Below, piece by piece: positions 57,384 to 64,000 of a stretch of DNA of 64,000 nucleotides (within the stretch, counting starts at the first letter, position 1; every line of letters starts with the position of its first letter). The DNA is from Lachnospiraceae bacterium (GTDB taxonomy: Bacteria > Bacillota > Clostridia > Lachnospirales > Lachnospiraceae). Made by a program: the position numbers and the translations under genes. Location: contig JAGAHC010000008.1 of NCBI GenBank assembly GCA_017627275.1, positions 77 through 64,076 on the forward strand, written 5' to 3'. A model generated the notes under the pieces. It did no database searches and was not told the origin of the DNA. It was given only the letters and a program-made list of their open reading frames with translations.

Positions 57384-59621
57384 TTATTTCTTCAGCTTGC
57401 TTCCCTTGCCGCCGCGTCCCGTGACCTTGAGCGACGCGATGTTCAGATCCTTCTCATGGAACCGGATCTGTCCGGAGTCCGACGGATGAAGGACATAGAC
57501 GCCTTCGATCCTGTCTCCCTTCGACAGCTTCATGCCTCTGGCGCCGGCCGCGGTCTTCTTCATATAGGGAAGCTGCTCGATCTCGCACTTTAAGAAGTAT
57601 CCTTCCTTCGTGCCAAAGACCGCATACTGCTGGCCCGAGATCACCCGGACGCCTGCCACTTCGTCCTTGTCCGAAAGCTTCGTCGCCGCCACCGTCTTTC
57701 TCGTGACGTCAAACTCTCCGCCGTCCACGACCTTGACCATACCTTCGGCCGTGGCAAACAGCAGCCTGTACAGATTGAGATCCGACTGACTCGTTGCCAG
57801 CACGATCGTTTCCGTGCCGGAATTGTAGTTGCTGACGTTGTCGATCGGAACGCCCTTGTCTCTTAACTTCGCCGCCGGAAGGTCGGACGCCTTGATCGTA
57901 TGGAGCTGTCCGGTATTCGTAAAGATGCAGACCTTGCCGTTGCTCTTGACCGGGAAATAATACACAAAGTCCTGTTCGATGGCCTCTCTGTTCCGCTCGA
58001 GGCTTGCTTCGTCCAGGAGTTTCGCGTACCCGAAGCGGTCCATGACAAAGAGCATGTCCCTGGCTTCCGGCTCCTTGATCGTAAAGACGGCTTCCTCCGC
58101 CTGCGTGATCTCGGTCTTTCTGGGGGCGGCATACTTTTTCTTGAAGTCCAGAAGTTCCTGTCTGATGACCTGCGTCATGGACGCACGCTCTTCCAGGATG
58201 TCCTCGTACCGGTAGATATTGGCGACGGTCTCTTCATGCTCTTTTAAGAGCGCGTCGATCTCCAGACCGATCAGTTTGTAGAGACGCATATCAAGGATGG
58301 CGTCTGCCTGTCTTTCCGTGAACAGGAGCTGCTGCGCCATCACCTTGGATTCCTTGGATTTGAATTTGATCCCCGTCACGTCCCCTTCGACAAGGCACTT
58401 TTTCACCTGCGCGCGTTCCTTGGAACCCCGGAGGATCTCGATGATGAGGTCGATGACATTGCAGGCCTTGATCAGGCCTTCCTGCACCTCTCTCTTATCC
58501 TGCTCCTTCTTTAACAGGGTCTCGTATTTGCGCCGGTTCAGATCATACTGGAAGTCGAGATTCGCCTTCAGGATTTCCTTCAAAGACAGCGTCTCCGGTC
58601 TCCCGTCATGGATCCCGAGCATGTTGACGCCGAAGGTGTCTTCAAGACGCGTCTTCTTGTAGAGCATGTTTTTGAAGTTCTCGACGTCGGTGTCCTTCTT
58701 CAGTTCGATGACGATCCGGATGCCTTCCTTGGACGACTGGTTGGTGATGTCGATGACATCCTGCGTCGTCTTGTTCTCGGAAAGCGCCGCCACATCGGAA
58801 AGGAATTTGCCGATGCCCTGGCCGATCATGGTGAAGGGGATCTCCGTGATGACCAAAAGGACATGGCCGCCTTTTCCCTTCTCGATTGCCACCCTGCCGC
58901 GGACACGCACCTTCCCGGTTCCGGTCTCATAGATCTCCGGCAGTTCGTCCGCATTGATGATGATGCCGCCCGTCGGGAAGTCGGGTCCCTTGACATACTT
59001 CATCAGCTTCTTGTCCGTGATCTCCGGATTGTCAAGGAGCGCTACGGCCGCATCAAGGACTTCGCCCAGATTGTGCGGCGGCGTGCTCGTCGCCATACCG
59101 ACCGCGATGCCTTCCGATCCGTTGACCAGGAAGTGCGGGATCCTGACCGGCAGGACCGAGGGCTCTTTTTCCGTCTCATCAAAGTTGGGAACAAAGTCGA
59201 CCACGTCTTTATCAAGGTCCGCCAGGAAGGCGTCCTCCGTAATCTTCTGAAGCCTTGCCTCCGTGTAACGCATCGCCGCGGCGCCGTCACCCTCGATGTT
59301 GCCGAAGTTTCCGTGCCCGTCGATCAGCGGAACTTCCTTCTTGAAGCCCTGCGCCATCACGACCAGCGCGTCATAGATGGAACTGTCCCCGTGCGGATGA
59401 TACTTACCCATCGTATCGCCGACGATACGGGCGCTCTTCCGGTAAGGCTTATCCGAAGTCGTGCCGAGTTCCCGCATGTCATAGAGGACGCGGCGCTGTA
59501 CCGGCTTTAAGCCGTCCCGGAAATCCGGCAGCGCACGCGCCACGATGACGCTCATCGCGTAGTCGATGTACGACTTCTGCATCAAATCCGAATACTCTGT
59601 CTTGATAATACTTTCCTGCAT
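57384..59621 (-). CDS. parC: Type IIA topoisomerase subunit A, probably topoisomerase IV ParC
   Basis: [24 protein letters not shown]; no GyrA-box at start of CTD; short CTD. Confidence 0.85.
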   Translation of the reverse strand: MQESIIKTEYSDLMQKSYIDYAMSVIVARALPDFRDGLKPVQRRVLYDMRELGTTSDKPYRKSARIVGDTMGKYHPHGDSSIYDALVVMAQGFKKEVPLIDGHGNFGNIEGDGAAAMRYTEARLQKITEDAFLADLDKDVVDFVPNFDETEKEPSVLPVRIPHFLVNGSEGIAVGMATSTPPHNLGEVLDAAVALLDNPEITDKKLMKYVKGPDFPTGGIIINADELPEIYETGTGKVRVRGRVAIEKGKGGHVLLVITEIPFTMIGQGIGKFLSDVAALSENKTTQDVIDITNQSSKEGIRIVIELKKDTDVENFKNMLYKKTRLEDTFGVNMLGIHDGRPETLSLKEILKANLDFQYDLNRRKYETLLKKEQDKREVQEGLIKACNVIDLIIEILRGSKERAQVKKCLVEGDVTGIKFKSKESKVMAQQLLFTERQADAILDMRLYKLIGLEIDALLKEHEETVANIYRYEDILEERASMTQVIRQELLDFKKKYAAPRKTEITQAEEAVFTIKEPEARDMLFVMDRFGYAKLLDEASLERNREAIEQDFVYYFPVKSNGKVCIFTNTGQLHTIKASDLPAAKLRDKGVPIDNVSNYNSGTETIVLATSQSDLNLYRLLFATAEGMVKVVDGGEFDVTRKTVAATKLSDKDEVAGVRVISGQQYAVFGTKEGYFLKCEIEQLPYMKKTAAGARGMKLSKGDRIEGVYVLHPSDSGQIRFHEKDLNIASLKVTGRGGKGSKLKK

Positions 59622-59693
59622 ACTGCTCTGCTCTTTCCTTTTTCGTTTATGGTTCCGGCGTTCTGCTGTCTGCTATCGTATTGAAAACGTAGG

Positions 59694-59880
59694 TGCGGAT
59701 TTTTCGTGATATTTGCGAATAAGCACGCTTTGCCGCTCGTCGTTACTTAGGTGGCAGCGGATGGATTCAACCAAGCTGCAGAGCAGATTGGGGGAATCCG
59801 GACGATGGCACCTTATGTAACGCAACGAAGCGGCATAGAGCGAAAGCGTCTGCGCATGAGCAAATATACAAAAATCCGCA
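59694..59880. repeat. ~190-bp imperfect palindrome between parE and parC
   Basis: Terminal 11-bp perfect IR TGCGGATTTTT/AAAAATCCGCA with nested pairing to an apex near 59781. Confidence 0.85.
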
Positions 59881-59914
59881 AAAGCCGCTGTCTTGCCGAT
59901 CGATAAGGACAGCT

Positions 59915-61837
59915 TCACGCATCGATCTCCGCATCGTTAGCATGGGCGTGGATGAAGTCGCGTCTGGGCGGGACTTCCGAGCCCATGAGGAGCTCCGTCG
60001 TTCCGGAGGCCTGTCTCGCATCCTCGATCTGCACCAGTCTCAGTTTCCGGCGTTCCGGATCAAGCGTCGTCTCCCACAGCTGCTCCGGATCCATCTCCCC
60101 GAGTCCCTTGTAACGCTGCAGGGTAAACGGTCCCGTATGACTCTTGCGGTACTTGGCTAACGCCACATCGTCATAGAGGTACTCTTCCTTCCCCTTCTTC
60201 GGGATCGCCTTATATAACGGCGGCATGGCCACATACACATGTCCCTCGTAAATGAGCTGGGGCATGAAGCGGTAAAACAGCGTCAGAAGAAGCGTCGAGA
60301 TATGCGCACCGTCCACGTCCGCATCCGCCATGATAATGATCTTGTCATAACGGAGTTTTTCGATATCAAAGTCATTGCCGTAGCCTTCGGAGAAGCCGCA
60401 GCCGAACGCATTGATCATGGTCTTAATCTCGGCGTTCGCAAGCACCTTGTCGATCGATGCCTTTTCAACGTTTAAGATCTTGCCGCGGATCGGAAGGATC
60501 GCCTGGAACTGGCGGTTTCTGGCCATCTTGGCGCTGCCGCCCGCGGAATCGCCCTCGACGATAAAGATCTCGCATTTGGAAGCGTCCTTGCTCTCGCAGT
60601 TGGCAAGCTTCCCGTTCGAATCAAACGAAAACTTCTGCTTGGTCAGCAGGTTCGTCTTCGCCTTCTGTTCGCTCTTCCGGATCTTCGCCGCCTTCTCCGC
60701 ACATTCGATGACCGCTTTCAGCGTTTCCAGGTTCCGGTCAAAGTAATGCACCACATCTTCGTTCGTCACCTGGCTGACAGCCTTGGCGGCGTCCTGGTTA
60801 TCCAGCTTCGTCTTGGTCTGTCCTTCAAACCGCGGGTCCGGGTGCTTGATGGAGATCACGGCGGTCATGCCGTTTCGAACGTCGGCACCCGTGAAATTGA
60901 TGTCCTTATCCTTTAAGATGTTCAGCTGCCTGGCATAGGAGTTGATGATCTGGGTAAAGACCGTTTTGAAGCCCGTCAAGTGCGAACCGCCTTCGGCATT
61001 GTAGATGTTGTTGCAGAATCCCATGACCTCTTCATGGAACTCATTGATGTACTGGAAGGCCGCCTCGACCTGAATGCCGTCGCTCTCGCCGGAAAAATAG
61101 ATGATGTCGGTCACGGTTTCGTTGTTGCCGTTGATATCCTTGATAAAGGCACGGATCCCGTCCGGTTCGTGAAATTCCTGTACGTCCTTGCTCTCCGGCC
61201 GTTTGTCTTCAAAATGGATGGTCAGGTTCGGATTCAGATAGCAGGTCTCGTGGAGTCTGGACTTGATGTCGTCCTCCTTGAACCTGGTCTTGTCAAAGAT
61301 TGTGTCGTCCGGGGTGAAGTTGATCTTCGTGCCGGTCCCTTTGGCTTTTCCGACAATGGGAAGAAGCCCCTTTTCCAGTTTGGTGACGGGGATCCCTCTC
61401 TCATAGCGGTCCTCGTAGAGATTGCCGCCGTTCTTGATCTGCACCGTCATCTGCGAAGAAAGAGCGTTGACGACAGACGACCCGACGCCATGCAGGCCGC
61501 CGCTCGTTTTGTAAGCTTCGTTATCAAACTTACCGCCGGCATGAAGCGTGGTGAGCACGATACGTTCCGCACTGACACCTTTTTCATGCATCTCGACCGG
61601 GATCCCGCGGCCGTCGTCCTCGACCGTGCAGGACCCGTCCGCTTCCAGGGTCACCCAGATATTGTTGCAAAAGCCGGCCAGATGTTCGTCCACGGAGTTG
61701 TCCACGATCTCATACACAAGGTGGTTCAATCCTCTGGTGGACACGCTGCCGATATACATGCCGGGTCTGGTCCGGACGGCTTCAAGACCCTCCAGGACCT
61801 TGATGCTCTCCGCACCGTAATTCACTTTTCCTGCCAT
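59915..61837 (-). CDS. parE: Type IIA topoisomerase subunit B, probably ParE
   Basis: EIVDNSVDE, GGLHGVGSS, VEGDSAGG, PIRGK, DADVDG, RYKGLGEM. Confidence 0.85.
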   Translation of the reverse strand: MAGKVNYGAESIKVLEGLEAVRTRPGMYIGSVSTRGLNHLVYEIVDNSVDEHLAGFCNNIWVTLEADGSCTVEDDGRGIPVEMHEKGVSAERIVLTTLHAGGKFDNEAYKTSGGLHGVGSSVVNALSSQMTVQIKNGGNLYEDRYERGIPVTKLEKGLLPIVGKAKGTGTKINFTPDDTIFDKTRFKEDDIKSRLHETCYLNPNLTIHFEDKRPESKDVQEFHEPDGIRAFIKDINGNNETVTDIIYFSGESDGIQVEAAFQYINEFHEEVMGFCNNIYNAEGGSHLTGFKTVFTQIINSYARQLNILKDKDINFTGADVRNGMTAVISIKHPDPRFEGQTKTKLDNQDAAKAVSQVTNEDVVHYFDRNLETLKAVIECAEKAAKIRKSEQKAKTNLLTKQKFSFDSNGKLANCESKDASKCEIFIVEGDSAGGSAKMARNRQFQAILPIRGKILNVEKASIDKVLANAEIKTMINAFGCGFSEGYGNDFDIEKLRYDKIIIMADADVDGAHISTLLLTLFYRFMPQLIYEGHVYVAMPPLYKAIPKKGKEEYLYDDVALAKYRKSHTGPFTLQRYKGLGEMDPEQLWETTLDPERRKLRLVQIEDARQASGTTELLMGSEVPPRRDFIHAHANDAEIDA

Positions 61838-61859
61838 ACTGCTAATTGCTCCTTATCGT

Positions 61860-62780
61860 TTAGAACGTATTTTGAAAATCTGAACGGGAGGCGATGACTT
61901 CTTCGGCGATGCTCGGAATGTCCAGCTTCTTCGAGCATGCAATGGCAAGCGCCTCCGGGCCGATATGACAACAGACACTTAAAGATAAGTGATCTTCTTC
62001 CACATGGAAATTGGGGAAGGCCGTCTCCACTTCTTTTTTGAAGATCTCAATGCCTTCCGGATACTGGGCATCCACCGCATACAGCCAGATGTCCTCTCTG
62101 TCGAGTCCGCCGTAAAGCTGCTCAATGTCGTTCCGCATGGCATTGATCATGGACGTTTTGGCCTGGGCCATGGTCCTTGCCTTGGAGAAGGCGTCCAGCT
62201 TTTCCCCCTTGATCTGCAGAACGGGTTTGATCTTTAACAGAGAGCCGATGGCGGCGGCAGCAGGCGTGATGCGCCCGCCCTTTTTTAGATACTGCAGCGT
62301 CTCCAGCGTGATGTAGATGCTGGCGTCAAACTTGGTCTTCTCGAGGATCCCCTTGATCTCTCTCGCGTTCATCCCGTATTCCGCCATCTGCAGCGCATCC
62401 AGACAGGAACGCTTCTGCGTGACGGAGATCCGCTGGTTGTTGACGACCTGGACCTTGCCTTCGTAGTCGCTCGCAAGCATCATGGCGGACTGACAGGATC
62501 CGGACAGACCGGAAGACATGGGGATATGCACCACTTCCTCATAATCCTTTAAGGCCTTGTCCCAGATCTTTAAGACTTCGGTCGGCGCCGGCTGGCTCGT
62601 CAGGATCTGCTCGTCCTTCGCCATTTTCTTGAAAAACTTATCGCGCGATAAGTTGATGTCTTCATAATAGGTCTTCCCACCGATCATAAACGGCATCGGC
62701 ACAACAAAGATGCCGAGCTTCTTCGCCTCAGCCTGGGTAATGCCCGCATTCGAATCGGTTACAATTGCTGTTTTTGCCAT
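61860..62780 (-). CDS. DegV-family fatty-acid-binding protein
   Basis: IVTDSNA, TSQP, MSSGLSGS, LKKGGRI, HIGP. Confidence 0.93.
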   Translation of the reverse strand: MAKTAIVTDSNAGITQAEAKKLGIFVVPMPFMIGGKTYYEDINLSRDKFFKKMAKDEQILTSQPAPTEVLKIWDKALKDYEEVVHIPMSSGLSGSCQSAMMLASDYEGKVQVVNNQRISVTQKRSCLDALQMAEYGMNAREIKGILEKTKFDASIYITLETLQYLKKGGRITPAAAAIGSLLKIKPVLQIKGEKLDAFSKARTMAQAKTSMINAMRNDIEQLYGGLDREDIWLYAVDAQYPEGIEIFKKEVETAFPNFHVEEDHLSLSVCCHIGPEALAIACSKKLDIPSIAEEVIASRSDFQNTF

Positions 62781-62850
62781 ACATCAACCTCTGGATATCA
62801 AAAAATGAAGACACTACTACATATAGTGCCTAACCTAATTCAGTTTACGG

Positions 62851-64000
62851 TCAGATGGAGGATAAGTCAACTGCATTCTTGTCGGAAAAATCAAATTCCT
62901 CGCCGCTCAAAAATGCCTTTTCGGCCTGTTTTTGCGCCTTTTTCAGGATGTCCGCGTCTTCGTAAATATCTGCCAGGATAAACCCCAAAGCGCCGCTTTG
63001 CCTAAGGCCGAAGAGTTCTCCCGGGCCTCTGAGTTTCAGATCCTCCTCCGCGATCTTAAACCCGTCCGTACTGTTCACGAGCACTTCCAGGCGCTTAGGC
63101 GTCTCTTCCAATTTATCGTGATAAAGGAAGATACAGTAGCTCTGGTCCTTCCCCCTGCCGACCCTTCCCCGCAGCTGGTGAAGCTGGGAAAGCCCGAAGC
63201 GCTCGGCGTTCTCGATCAGGATGGTCGTGGCATTCGGCACATTGATGCCGACCTCGATCACGGTCGTGGAGACGAGGATATCGATCTCGCCCGCGGCAAA
63301 GGAGGTCATGATACGGTTCTTTTCCTGCGCCTTCATTTTGCCGTTCAGGGAAGCGATTCGTACCGAAGGCGGAAACACCGTTCTGATCTTTTCCGTATAA
63401 TCCTGCACGTTCTCAATGTCCGAGAGTTCACCTTCTTCGATGGCCGGGCAGATGATGTAGGCCTGCTTCTTCTCTGAGATCCGCTGGTATAAAAACCGCA
63501 GGGCCTTTTCCCTGTCCCGCTGCGAAAGCGCCAGATTCTTGATCGGCAGACGGTCCTTCGGCATGGACTTCAGCACCGAAAGGTCGAGGTCACCGTAGAG
63601 GATGATGGCGAGCGTCCTCGGAATGGGCGTCGCACTCATCACAAGCACCGGGATCTCCTCCCCCTTCTCGGAGAACGTCTTTCTCTGCCGCACCCCGAAG
63701 CGGTGCTGTTCATCCGTGATGACAAGCGCAAGGTCCTGATAAGACACCTTTTCCTGGATGAGCGCGTGCGTCCCGATGATGATGTCGGCCTCCCCGTTTG
63801 CGATCTCTTCCTGTACCTTTCGTTTCGCAGAAGCAGACAGCGACCCCGTCAGAAGCACCGGCCGTACGGGCAAATCGTTTTCCCGGATCAGGTCAAGGAG
63901 CGCCCCCATATGCTGCTCCGCAAGGACTTCGGTCGGAACCATCAGCGCGCCCTGCCTGCCGTTGCAGGCACAGAGGATGAGGGCCAGAAAGGCAAGGATG
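62851..64000 (-). CDS. recG: ATP-dependent DNA helicase RecG (5' partial)
   Basis: PTEVLAEQH, DEQHRFG, SATPIPRT, TTVIEVG, HQLRGRVGRG; frame open to window end. Confidence 0.97.
   Translation of the reverse strand, partial: ILAFLALILCACNGRQGALMVPTEVLAEQHMGALLDLIRENDLPVRPVLLTGSLSASAKRKVQEEIANGEADIIIGTHALIQEKVSYQDLALVITDEQHRFGVRQRKTFSEKGEEIPVLVMSATPIPRTLAIILYGDLDLSVLKSMPKDRLPIKNLALSQRDREKALRFLYQRISEKKQAYIICPAIEEGELSDIENVQDYTEKIRTVFPPSVRIASLNGKMKAQEKNRIMTSFAAGEIDILVSTTVIEVGINVPNATTILIENAERFGLSQLHQLRGRVGRGKDQSYCIFLYHDKLEETPKRLEVLVNSTDGFKIAEEDLKLRGPGELFGLRQSGALGFILADIYEDADILKKAQKQAEKAFLSGEEFDFSDKNAVDLSSI

Noticed and set aside
57384-61837. Second gyrase or horizontally acquired topoisomerase
   Set aside because: No GyrA-box at the CTD start and host-like codon style fit the ordinary topoisomerase IV-like pair.
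1311-63980. Many long antisense or alternative-frame ORFs (e.g. 3392..4576, 10580..11785, 19126..20223, 22603..23754, 60980..61897)
   Set aside because: They shadow well-supported genes, show no family motifs, and are expected from high GC3 codon bias.

Overview
GC-rich (~55% by eye) core-chromosome segment of a Clostridia bacterium; protein style and gene order suggest Lachnospiraceae. In order: the 3' part of an IS30-family element; yajC; ilvD-ilvB; an L,D-transpeptidase; tRNA-Thr(CGT); an orphan membrane coiled-coil gene; a long + strand run (asd, topB, purine salvage, MutS-like ATPase, rnhA, dut, gltX, glgX-like, DUF5662, nuclease-like, miaB-mutS-mutL-miaA-ynbB, radC-mreBCD-pbp2-rodA-mgsA-dac, sepF-lspA-rluD); a Xer-type recombinase; the yneA/lexA SOS divergon; and a - strand run (recG, degV, parE-parC, rsmD-coaD, rluC, vanX-like, recU, rplU-rpmA, obgE, nadD-yqeK fusion, rsfS). 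No CRISPR array, prophage or defence island was seen. Best leads: (1) L27 lacks the Firmicutes N-terminal pro-peptide and prp is missing from rplU-rpmA; (2) apparent clean losses at conserved loci (minCDE, yggS, yhbY); (3) three probable pseudo-enzymes (MreB, MgsA, GlgX) with catalytic residues replaced; (4) a ~190-bp imperfect palindrome between parE and parC; (5) a multi-hairpin non-coding segment at the IS30 3' end; (6) a ~35-bp palindrome repeated 49 kb apart; (7) uncharacterised modules (membrane-anchored MutS-like ATPase; DUF5662 plus PD-(D/E)XK-wHTH protein). Family calls rest on motif recognition and remembered synteny; no database searches were run.
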